From NCBI GenBank assembly GCA_964421125.1, contig CAYQVD010000005.1, positions 867 through 64,866 of the forward strand: a DNA stretch of 64,000 bases. Reading direction: 5' to 3'. The notes under the pieces are model-generated. The model saw only the letters and a list, made by a program, of their open reading frames with translations, made no database searches and was not told where the DNA came from. The position numbers and the translations under genes are program-made. Source of the stretch: an uncultured Bdellovibrionales bacterium (GTDB lineage: Bacteria; Patescibacteriota; Minisyncoccia; Moranbacterales; DUUL01). This document shows, in pieces, positions 38,744 through 47,741 of the stretch (position 1 is its first letter; each line of letters opens with the position of its first letter).

Positions 38744-41700
38744 TTATTTATTATTATCACACCATTTTCTGGCATTCTGAAACATTCGCAACCATGGCGA
38801 AAACTCATTACTTTTAATTTCTTCAGACATCCATGGCCATTGCCATTTCAGAAAAGATCTTTCTGGATGAGGCATTAATGCTAAATGTCTACCATCAGAA
38901 GAACAAAGTCCAGTGATTCCTTCTGGAGATCCATTAGGATTAAAAGGATATTTTTCAGTTTGGTTACCGGCATCATCAACAAAAGCAACTGCTACTGAAT
39001 TCCTCCCTTTAACATCAGAAAAAATCTTTTTATCTGGAAAATTAAGTCTTCCTTCGCCATGAGCTATCCACGTACCCAAAATTGACCCTGCCATTCCTTC
39101 TAGCATAATAGATGGGCTTTCTAAAATTTTCACATTAACCCATCTTGACTCAAAACGATTTGAAGTATTATGCACAAAACGTGGCTGAACTTCATCACTA
39201 ATTCCTCTCCAAGGAACCCAACCTAAAAGTCCCATCAACTGACAACCATTGCAAATACCCAGAGAAAAAGTATCTTTGCGATCATAGAATCTATCAAACA
39301 TTTCTCTAACTTCATTATTATAACGAATCGTACTAGCCCATCCTTTTGCTGAACTAAATACATCAGCATAAGAAAATCCACCCACAAAAACAATCCCCCT
39401 AAAATCGTCCAAGGCAACCTTTCCCTTCAAGAGATCCTCCATCACAACATCCCAGATATCAAATCCAACCGAATAAAAAGCACTGGTCATTTCTCTGTCA
39501 CCATTACTCCCCTCCTCACGAATAATGGCAACTTTTGGCTTATTTTCATTTTTCAAAACCTCTTCAGATGTTTGATTAGGCGTAAAAGTCAATTTATTAA
39601 TAGGATTTTCACGATCGAAAATATTCTCTTTTTCCTCCTCGGCATTTGCCGGATTTATTTGCAATCTTTCTAATTGATAACTAGTTTCCTCCCAGACTTG
39701 TCGAAGTATACGCATGTCTTCATCGAGGACAATTTTGTTATTAAATTTTATATTTACATTATTATCTTTTATAGTCTCCCCTAATCGAAATGAATTTTCT
39801 GAAATATTATATTTGCTCAAAACTTTTTTCAAATTATCGATCTGATTTTTCTTGATCTCCAAGACTAATCCAAGCTCTTCATTCAAAAAGTAAGAAAGAA
39901 CATCAACATCTGATAAGTCGTAATTGATCTTAAATCCGCAGTTACCAGAAAAAGCCATTTCCAGTAAAGTGGTAATCAAGCCTCCATCTGATTTATCATG
40001 TCCAGCCAATATAATATCTTTATCAATCATTTCTTGAACAGCTAGAAAAGAATTCTTTAAAATATCAACATCGACATCTGGTGATTCGTCACCAATTTGA
40101 TTTAAAGTTTGGGCAAAAGCTGATCCACCCATCCTAGTCTTTCCTTTCCCTAAATCAATGAACCATAAATCGCTTTCTCCGGCCTTTTTTATATCAGGAG
40201 TAATCACCTTTTCTATGTCAGGAACTGTTACATAAGCTGAAATAGCTAACTCCCCTGGTGATTTTACAATCTCTTCTCCAACCTTAGCAGCCATTGACAA
40301 ACTGTCCTTGCCACCATCAATTGCAATTCCTAAATCAATCATTAAATCACGCATAGCCGTAGCTGCATCATAAAGCCTACTAGCTTCACCAGGAAGCTTA
40401 GCTGCCCACATCCAATTTCCAGAACATTTTATATGCTCTAAATCGCTTATTTTTGCCCATATTATATTTGTTAAAGCTTCTCCAACGGCCATTCTTGCTC
40501 CAGCTCTGGGGTCAACAATCATTTTAATCGGTTGTTCTCCTATGGAAATAGCAGCTCCAGATTTACCAAAATGGCTTTGGGCAATAACGGCTACATCAGA
40601 AACAGGCAACTGCAACGGACCACAGCATTGCTGTTGTGCAATTAACCCAGTAACACTACGATCAACTTTATTAGTAAGGAATCTTTTTGATCCAACAGAT
40701 AAAAGCCTGAGAACATTACTTAAAACATCTTTTAACAATAAATCTTTTGAGAAATCAAAGGGCTTTAATTCTCTTTTTTCTTTTTTATCTTTAAATACTT
40801 TCTGTGGCATCTCTCCTAATATTTTTTTAAGCTCGAGATCAACAACAATTGAATCATCCTTACTATCTACCAATTCTATCTTACCATTTCCTGTAACTTC
40901 TCCAAGAATCTCACAATTAGTTCTTTCTCTCTTGCAAATCGCTTTAAATTCATCAATTCTTTCAGGAGAAATTAATAAGGCATTTCTCTCTTGAAATTCA
41001 GCTCCCCAAATTTCAAGAACCGAAAGTGTGTTATCTCCAATCTTAACTTTCCTTATATCCACTTTGCCTCCCACAGGCTCTACAATTTCCGTGACAACAT
41101 TGCAAGGTCCACCAGCACCTTGATCATGAATACTGATAATTGGATTTTTATCTCCGAGCTCAACACATGTTCTCACTACTCTGTTCATCTTTTGTTCCAT
41201 TTCAGCATCTCCTCTTTGAACTGCGTTAAAATCAAGATTAGAAGCATTCTCTCCCTGAATCATACTAGAAGCAGATCCTCCTCCCATTCCAATTCTATAT
41301 GCTGGACCTCCGATTTGAATAATAACCATGCCCTTTTTCGGCTCATCCTTTTCAATATGTCTATTGTCCATTTGCCCAACTCCACCTGAAAACATAATTG
41401 GCTTTAAATATTCTTGACGTTCACCACCAGGCAATTCCATACCAAATGAACGAGTATACCCCTGAATAACAGGTTCACCAAATTTATTCCCATAATCAGA
41501 AGCTCCATTGCTGGCCTCTATCTCTATCTTTAATGGAGACGCTAAGTTTGCGGGATACTTAAAATCTTTATTCTCCCAGGGTAAATTATAATTTGGAATA
41601 TTAAGATTTCCAACGCAATACCCAGTAGTTCCTGCAACAACTAATCCTCCCTTCCCAATCCCCTCTACATCTCGAATTCTTCCACCACCACCAGTTTCTG

Positions 41701-42559
41701 CTCCGGGAAACGGAGCTACTCCTGTTGGGAAATTGTGAGTCTCGGCTGTAAATATGACATGATAAGTTAATTTCTTCTCCTTAAAAGATGAAGAATGCCC
41801 TGGTTTATCTGGAATTATTGTTAAAATTTCATAACCCTTAATTGCACTGGAATTATCCTTAAAAGCAATCAAACTATTTTTAGAATTAGCATCAAGAGTA
41901 GAAAAAACAACCTGTAATAATGTTTCAGGCATTTCTTTTCCATCAATAACTATTTTGCCCTTAAAAAACCAATGCCTTGAATGCTCACTATTGGCTTGTC
42001 CAAGCTGAAAACATTCCACATTAGTTGGGTTTCTTCTTATATCCTCAACAAATAGTTTGTAATAAAAATTTTCATCCCACTCATCCATTCCAAGACCCAT
42101 GTCTTTGTTAATTTTTCCCAAAGCTTTTATTCCCTCTTCTATTAACGGAATTTCAAAAATTTTCTCAGACTCAATTCCTGTTTCAAAACTTTCTAATTTT
42201 TGAGAATAAACACATTCTGTCATCGGATCTTGATTTTTTTCTATAAACTCTTTTTCGTTCACACCGCCTGAGAGCAAATAACGTTTTGATCTCTCAATTC
42301 TTTCCACGTTTTTCAATCCACAAGCATGACAAACAGAAACCGCATTTGTAGAGAACGCAGTAGCAAAATTAAGTCTCGGTCCAATTTCAATAACATCCTC
42401 ATCTTTAAAAATCGATCCAGTCTTAACTTCATCTACTAAAAAACCGTTAGCCAGTATATTCTTCAAAATTAGAACCTCATCTTCAGATAATTGAGCTGCT
42501 GTTTGAACATTAAAACAATATTCTAATTCCTCCTTCTTCTGACAAAAAAAATGATACAT
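38744..42559 (-). CDS. purL: Phosphoribosylformylglycinamidine synthase, large single-chain form with fused glutaminase domain
   Basis: 1271 aa with PurM-like repeats (GAETGGGGRIRD), a C-terminal class I glutamine amidotransferase domain (GICNGCQ...HGEG), and an N-terminal PurS-like region. Confidence 0.9.
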   Translation of the reverse strand: MYHFFCQKKEELEYCFNVQTAAQLSEDEVLILKNILANGFLVDEVKTGSIFKDEDVIEIGPRLNFATAFSTNAVSVCHACGLKNVERIERSKRYLLSGGVNEKEFIEKNQDPMTECVYSQKLESFETGIESEKIFEIPLIEEGIKALGKINKDMGLGMDEWDENFYYKLFVEDIRRNPTNVECFQLGQANSEHSRHWFFKGKIVIDGKEMPETLLQVVFSTLDANSKNSLIAFKDNSSAIKGYEILTIIPDKPGHSSSFKEKKLTYHVIFTAETHNFPTGVAPFPGAETGGGGRIRDVEGIGKGGLVVAGTTGYCVGNLNIPNYNLPWENKDFKYPANLASPLKIEIEASNGASDYGNKFGEPVIQGYTRSFGMELPGGERQEYLKPIMFSGGVGQMDNRHIEKDEPKKGMVIIQIGGPAYRIGMGGGSASSMIQGENASNLDFNAVQRGDAEMEQKMNRVVRTCVELGDKNPIISIHDQGAGGPCNVVTEIVEPVGGKVDIRKVKIGDNTLSVLEIWGAEFQERNALLISPERIDEFKAICKRERTNCEILGEVTGNGKIELVDSKDDSIVVDLELKKILGEMPQKVFKDKKEKRELKPFDFSKDLLLKDVLSNVLRLLSVGSKRFLTNKVDRSVTGLIAQQQCCGPLQLPVSDVAVIAQSHFGKSGAAISIGEQPIKMIVDPRAGARMAVGEALTNIIWAKISDLEHIKCSGNWMWAAKLPGEASRLYDAATAMRDLMIDLGIAIDGGKDSLSMAAKVGEEIVKSPGELAISAYVTVPDIEKVITPDIKKAGESDLWFIDLGKGKTRMGGSAFAQTLNQIGDESPDVDVDILKNSFLAVQEMIDKDIILAGHDKSDGGLITTLLEMAFSGNCGFKINYDLSDVDVLSYFLNEELGLVLEIKKNQIDNLKKVLSKYNISENSFRLGETIKDNNVNIKFNNKIVLDEDMRILRQVWEETSYQLERLQINPANAEEEKENIFDRENPINKLTFTPNQTSEEVLKNENKPKVAIIREEGSNGDREMTSAFYSVGFDIWDVVMEDLLKGKVALDDFRGIVFVGGFSYADVFSSAKGWASTIRYNNEVREMFDRFYDRKDTFSLGICNGCQLMGLLGWVPWRGISDEVQPRFVHNTSNRFESRWVNVKILESPSIMLEGMAGSILGTWIAHGEGRLNFPDKKIFSDVKGRNSVAVAFVDDAGNQTEKYPFNPNGSPEGITGLCSSDGRHLALMPHPERSFLKWQWPWMSEEIKSNEFSPWLRMFQNARKWCDNNK

Positions 42560-42565
42560 CTTTTT

Positions 42566-43102
42566 TTATGTTATATTTTTTAAAACAAACTCTAACCGCT
42601 CCTCTTTTGAACTCATTCTTGGAACTTTAATTAACGGGCAATTAAGTTTCTTGTAAATTTTTTCTAATAATTTCTGAAGTTTTTTCTGCTCCTTTTCGCT
42701 TTCCGTTCGGGCATAATCTTTTTTATAAGGCAAGATATCAAACAAGAAAACTTTTCTATATTCACATTTTTTTATTATTTCTTTCAAATATTCATCACTC
42801 ATAAGACCACACAACTCATAGTATGCATCGCTATCTGGTACTGCTCTATCGAAAAAAATTATCTCATCTTTCGACAGATTGTTTTCAATGTCAATTTTTA
42901 AATCCAAAATTCCTTTTTGAAATTTTAATTCATCCTTTCTAATCTCTTCTAGTGTACGCCCCTTACTAATTTCCTGATCAATATAAATCCTAGCAGTTTC
43001 ATAAATCACTTTATATCCTTTTTTTTCTAACAATTCCAATACAGAAGTTTTTCCCGAGTGAGGCGCTCCTGTCACTACATACCAATTATTCACTTTTGTC
43101 AT
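42566..43102 (-). CDS. AAA_28-family P-loop ATPase/kinase
   Basis: VVTGAPHSGKTSVLELLEKKGYKVIYETAR...FFDRAVPDSDAYYE matches the PF13521-like pattern. It is inserted between purCE and purL. Confidence 0.55.
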   Translation of the reverse strand: MTKVNNWYVVTGAPHSGKTSVLELLEKKGYKVIYETARIYIDQEISKGRTLEEIRKDELKFQKGILDLKIDIENNLSKDEIIFFDRAVPDSDAYYELCGLMSDEYLKEIIKKCEYRKVFLFDILPYKKDYARTESEKEQKKLQKLLEKIYKKLNCPLIKVPRMSSKEERLEFVLKNIT

Positions 43103-43117
43103 TTTAAAAATAACTAC

Positions 43118-44443
43118 TTATTCATCTTGCGCCTCAATCATTATTTGTCTCTTCTGATATAATGCTGGATTTTTCTGTGCAAGAATTTCTGAAGCTAATA
43201 ATATAGCATTAGATTCCGGCCACACCGTAGCCAAAGGCACCTTGGATGGCATCCTAACGCTACTCCAAACATCCTCTGGAAAATCATCAATTGTTGCTGG
43301 AACTGCGATAACTGGCCATGATGTTCGAGCTGCTACAATTGGACCTAATCCATTACTTCTTCCCACCTTCGCTAAAACAACTCCGCCATCTGGATATTTG
43401 CCCAAAATTTCCTCTAACTTATTAAGAGCAATTTGTGTTGATTTGTGACCAGAAATTGTCACCTCCTCTACTGTCACTCCATTAACATTCTCTAATAATC
43501 CCAGTTCAGGCCAAGAGTCACTATCTGACCCTCTCCATAAAACTAACGTTTGCTTTGGCATCCGGAAATTTTTCGCAAGACTTGCAACAAAACCATATTT
43601 CTTCTCAACCTCATCCAGTTCCTCTCCCTGTCTAAAAGCTTCTTTGCTCAGCTCTTGCCAATCCGCATCTCGCAAACGCCAACTATCATTATCAATAACA
43701 TCAGCAACCAATAAATTTCCTTCATGATCAATCCCAAGTTCAATTTTCATGTCAATTAATCTATACCCGATAACACCCCACGCCCCTTCAAGTGTAAGAA
43801 AAACTTTTCTTGCAATTTCATCAATCTTGTCTACCATCTCTTTTGAATCACCTGGCAACACCCGTCCTGCATCAACCTGCCTTCCCAATTCCGCGCCTTC
43901 TTCCCAGGAAGGTTTTTTAGGATGACAAAGTTGCCAATTACTTTCAAGCGGATTTGAAATAAAAGGATCTTCTTCTCCTTTTTTAGGATCAAGCCCATCA
44001 ACTAATTTTTCACCTTTCTCTCCGATTAACTCCCCTTTTGTTGTTTTAAGAAATAGCTCTGTCACTAATCTATGAAACCTAAGGGGATTTTTTTCATTCT
44101 CCTGAGTAAGCTCTGGATGTCTCTTTAAAAAACTACCTACTGCAAATCTCCGAGAAATAACTTCCAATGGAATCATTTTGCAACTTGGAGCAACAAATTC
44201 ATTTAAAGAAATTTGAGAATGATAAGCAACTGGAATACCAGCCTTTTTTAATATTTCAAAAACCTGACACGTAACAGTAGTTGCGTGCTCAGCTTTTGTC
44301 TTAAATTGTTTAGTAAAAGAAGGATCGTCAAAAGCAGTAATATCATTTTTGTTTTCAATGATTACATTCTGATCATTGTTCTTGTCTTTCCAAACAATCT
44401 TAGTTTTACCCTCAATTATTTTTTCACCTTTTTGTTGTTCCAT
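43118..44443 (-). CDS. purCE: Bifunctional SAICAR synthetase / AIR carboxylase (PurC-PurE fusion, PAICS-like architecture)
   Basis: The N-terminal ~290 aa are PurC (EGKTKIVW..., AGIPVAYH, VISRRFAVGSFLKR). The C-terminal ~150 aa are PurE (LVLWRGSDSDSWP, SGHKS, VGRSNGLGPIVAARTSWPVIAVP, RMPSKVP). Confidence 0.7.
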   Translation of the reverse strand: MEQQKGEKIIEGKTKIVWKDKNNDQNVIIENKNDITAFDDPSFTKQFKTKAEHATTVTCQVFEILKKAGIPVAYHSQISLNEFVAPSCKMIPLEVISRRFAVGSFLKRHPELTQENEKNPLRFHRLVTELFLKTTKGELIGEKGEKLVDGLDPKKGEEDPFISNPLESNWQLCHPKKPSWEEGAELGRQVDAGRVLPGDSKEMVDKIDEIARKVFLTLEGAWGVIGYRLIDMKIELGIDHEGNLLVADVIDNDSWRLRDADWQELSKEAFRQGEELDEVEKKYGFVASLAKNFRMPKQTLVLWRGSDSDSWPELGLLENVNGVTVEEVTISGHKSTQIALNKLEEILGKYPDGGVVLAKVGRSNGLGPIVAARTSWPVIAVPATIDDFPEDVWSSVRMPSKVPLATVWPESNAILLASEILAQKNPALYQKRQIMIEAQDE

Positions 44444-45884
44444 CTTTTTTAATTTTATTTATTATTAATCTTGAGTAATCAACTATCTCCAATGATTTTT
44501 CCCTAGCATCTCCAATGTATTTTTCTGGCTCTTTTAATAATTTTAGAATTTCCATAGGAATATTATCTAGCACTTTCCTCAATTCATCATCCTCTTTTGC
44601 TAGATCCTCAAAAACATCTATTAAAAGCTTCTTACTTTCTTGTGCCTTAGGTACAATCTTATGATTAACCAATTCATGAGCATCCCCCTTGAATCCTGCC
44701 ATTTGAATAGCGATGTATAATGGTTCTGCTAGAATAACATTAGAATTTTTAGAAAAATTCTTACGACATGCTTCATCACTAACAAATATTCTTTCTAAAA
44801 ATGTTACACCTTCATTATTTTTCCTCAATAATGTATTCAGTTGGCATTGAAGATTTATAGGAATTATTGGATAATCACGAGAAACTGAACTTCCAACTAA
44901 ATCCCTTTGATGCTCACATATAAAACTGTCAAAAACTTTTCCAAATTCATTTTTTGTTTTTATCCACATCCCTTCTAGGTTTTCAAAATTAACCGGATTT
45001 CTTTTATGCGCCATCGTGGAAGATCCAACCTGTCCCTTTTCAAATGATTCCATAATTTCACCAATTTCACTTCTCATAAGATGTCTGCAATCTCTACCGA
45101 ATTGCCCCAAAACAGAAGACAGACAAACAGAAGAAAAAAGAAAGAAACCCAAAGGCTCAGGTGGAAGAATCTGCGTACTAATCCTAGATGATTTAAGTTG
45201 AAGCCTCTTTAAAACTTTTTCTTCAAATGATTCTTTGTCTTGAATCTTAGTGAACTGCAATCCAAATTGAGCATTATGTGCACCTACTGCCCCAGATATT
45301 TTGCCGACTAAATTATCACAATAAAGATCTATCTTCTCCCAATTATAGACAATCCGATTAAGTATTGTCGCTAACCAAAAACCCACAGTAATTGGCAATG
45401 CATGCTGACCGTGGGTTCTTCCAATTTGAATTTGTTTTGAATAATTTTCAACAAGTCCCATTAAAACTCCTGTTACTTCCACAAGCGACGGCCCTAGAGC
45501 CTCTTGATATGCATCCCTGAACTGCAAAATTCTTGCGGTATCAATTACATCGTAACTTGTCAATGGAATATGCAACCACTTAGCAATATCTTCATCTAAA
45601 ACCTCTTGTGCCTCTTTCACCCAAGCCCGAATATCATGTTTTGTTATCTCCCTCTCAGTTTTATCGACATTAGTAGTTTTAATTTCCAATAATCTTTGTT
45701 TTGCTTTTGCATCAAGCTTTTTAATCTCTTCCGTTGATATTACTCCAATCTCCGCCAATGTTTCTAATGTGGCAATTTCAACCAAGGCCACTTTCTTGTA
45801 AAGATTATCATAACCAAACATTGGTATCATCTCTTTCGGTTGATACCTTGGATTTCCTGGTAATGTCAAATTTAAGTTCTCCAT
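44424..45884 (-). CDS. purB: Adenylosuccinate lyase
   Basis: Fumarate-lyase-family signature GSSTMAHKRNP and typical PurB N-terminal blocks. It overlaps purCE by 20 nt. Confidence 0.85.
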   Translation of the reverse strand: MENLNLTLPGNPRYQPKEMIPMFGYDNLYKKVALVEIATLETLAEIGVISTEEIKKLDAKAKQRLLEIKTTNVDKTEREITKHDIRAWVKEAQEVLDEDIAKWLHIPLTSYDVIDTARILQFRDAYQEALGPSLVEVTGVLMGLVENYSKQIQIGRTHGQHALPITVGFWLATILNRIVYNWEKIDLYCDNLVGKISGAVGAHNAQFGLQFTKIQDKESFEEKVLKRLQLKSSRISTQILPPEPLGFFLFSSVCLSSVLGQFGRDCRHLMRSEIGEIMESFEKGQVGSSTMAHKRNPVNFENLEGMWIKTKNEFGKVFDSFICEHQRDLVGSSVSRDYPIIPINLQCQLNTLLRKNNEGVTFLERIFVSDEACRKNFSKNSNVILAEPLYIAIQMAGFKGDAHELVNHKIVPKAQESKKLLIDVFEDLAKEDDELRKVLDNIPMEILKLLKEPEKYIGDAREKSLEIVDYSRLIINKIKKDGTTKR

Positions 45885-46066
45885 ATCACTTTTTCATGAA
45901 GTATATCTTTAAATATATTCTAGCATAATTATTGCTAACAACAAAGTACTTTCGAAGTATTAACTCCTATTTCTTTATATAAACTCTAAATTAAATCATT
46001 AAGTAAATAAAAAAGAAGGCAATCTTACGTTTAAGATCGCCTTCTCTTCTAATACATAAATCTAAA

Positions 46067-47062
46067 TTAAAATGAAATAATTTCGTCAAAAGAACATCCT
46101 TTCTTAAAAAGTTCAATGCTTCTGCTTTCCAGGAAAAAATTCATTAACTCCGCCCAGTCTCCGAAAATGAAAGACTTTTCGCCAATTTTTTTTATTTCCG
46201 GAATACTTGGCTTAAAAAGCCCGAATGGGATTTCTGCATTTTCTGCCAAGACACCATCTTTTTTAGGATCATCACCAAACAAAATCATTCTTTTACGAGT
46301 TTTTCTCATAAGCTCGATATGTCTTGCATACTCGGAAAAGATTATCCCATCCCCTATCCATTTCGACTGAATTAAATCCAGCAAAAATGGAGACGGCTTA
46401 ACTCTCCCACTAACATTGCTTGGATACCGCCGGTTTCTCATATCATCATCCGTAACAGTGATTACCGGAAAATCAATGTCCCAAGCTTCGAATGTCTTCT
46501 TGATAAATTCATCATGCCCAGATGATAAAATAGCGAACTGAAACCGTTTGCCCGTTATTTTCTCAAGATGTGGTAGCAGCTCATAAAATGCTAAAAATCC
46601 TTTACATGGTCGTGGCCAAATCTGTCCACCATTTTGCATTTGCACTCCGACCTGTTTCATCAAAAAAGACAACTTAAACAGAACTAGCATCTCAGTTATT
46701 GTTCTCTTGATCAATTCTTCCTGATTCGACTTCCATTCCAATGAAAATCCTTTTCCCTGAGGTACCAATTGCTGAAGAGTTTTAGCTTCAGCATCAAAAC
46801 AAGCTTCAGCCCATTTAAACAAAGAACTCTTATTGTCACTTTTTTCGAAAATCAAATGGACAACTTCTTCTGGAGCCCTATTCTGGAGACCACCAACTTG
46901 GTTGAAAAGTTTCATTCCATAAGTACCAAGAACTTTTTCAATGGCCATTTCATATGCCTGACTTACACCAACACCATCAGGACATTTTTCAAAGGTGTTA
47001 GCCATTGTCCCGTCAAAATCACAAATAAATAAATATCCCAGATCTTTCATCATTTCAACCAC
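46067..47062 (-). CDS. HAD-superfamily hydrolase with a large cap insertion
   Basis: Motif I FICDFDGT, motif II ILSSGH, a Lys in KPSPF, and motif IV GDDPKKD. Confidence 0.55.
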   Translation of the reverse strand: MVEMMKDLGYLFICDFDGTMANTFEKCPDGVGVSQAYEMAIEKVLGTYGMKLFNQVGGLQNRAPEEVVHLIFEKSDNKSSLFKWAEACFDAEAKTLQQLVPQGKGFSLEWKSNQEELIKRTITEMLVLFKLSFLMKQVGVQMQNGGQIWPRPCKGFLAFYELLPHLEKITGKRFQFAILSSGHDEFIKKTFEAWDIDFPVITVTDDDMRNRRYPSNVSGRVKPSPFLLDLIQSKWIGDGIIFSEYARHIELMRKTRKRMILFGDDPKKDGVLAENAEIPFGLFKPSIPEIKKIGEKSFIFGDWAELMNFFLESRSIELFKKGCSFDEIISF

Positions 47063-47269
47063 CTCCCTCTTTTAGAATTTTAAAAAATTTAAATGATGTT
47101 TCATTTTATTTTTATTATTTTTCAAAAAACAAAGAGCCGAGCACGACGCTAGACTCCCTCCTATTTCCTAAATTTAATACTAAAGGGTTTATTATTTAAA
47201 AGCAAGAAAATATTGGTTTATATTATTTTAGATGCTATAATTCATTAAAATAATTCTATTAAAAAAATT

Positions 47270-47701
47270 ATGAAAAAAGGAATTGATTATACTGGAATAT
47301 CAGTTTGTTATTTTTGTCATGACGGCAAGGGAGAATTCGTAATGATGAAAAGGGGCAAAAATTGTCGAGATGAAAATGACACTTGGGACACTGGGGGTGG
47401 AGCACTTGAATTTGGTGACAGTGTAATTAAAACTTTAAAAAAAGAAATCAAAGAAGAATTTTGTGCTGATGTAAAAGAACATGAATTTCTTGGCTATCAA
47501 GATGTTCATCGAGAACATGCTGGACAAAAAACTCATTGGCTCTCCCTTAACTTCAAGGTTCTAGTCGAAAAAAATCAAGTTAAAAATGGAGAACCACACA
47601 AGTTTGATGAAGTAAAATGGTTCACACTTGAGAATCTTCATGATAATCTTCACTCTTTTCTCCCAACTTTCTTTAAAAAATATAAAGAAAAATTGAGCTA
47701 A
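47270..47701 (+). CDS. NUDIX hydrolase
   Basis: Nudix box GGGALEFGDSVIKTLKKEIKEEF (GX5EX7REUXEEXGU-like). Confidence 0.6.
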   Translation: MKKGIDYTGISVCYFCHDGKGEFVMMKRGKNCRDENDTWDTGGGALEFGDSVIKTLKKEIKEEFCADVKEHEFLGYQDVHREHAGQKTHWLSLNFKVLVEKNQVKNGEPHKFDEVKWFTLENLHDNLHSFLPTFFKKYKEKLS

Positions 47702-47741
47702 CAAAGCTCAATTTTTTTATAGAAATGAAATCAATATTTTA

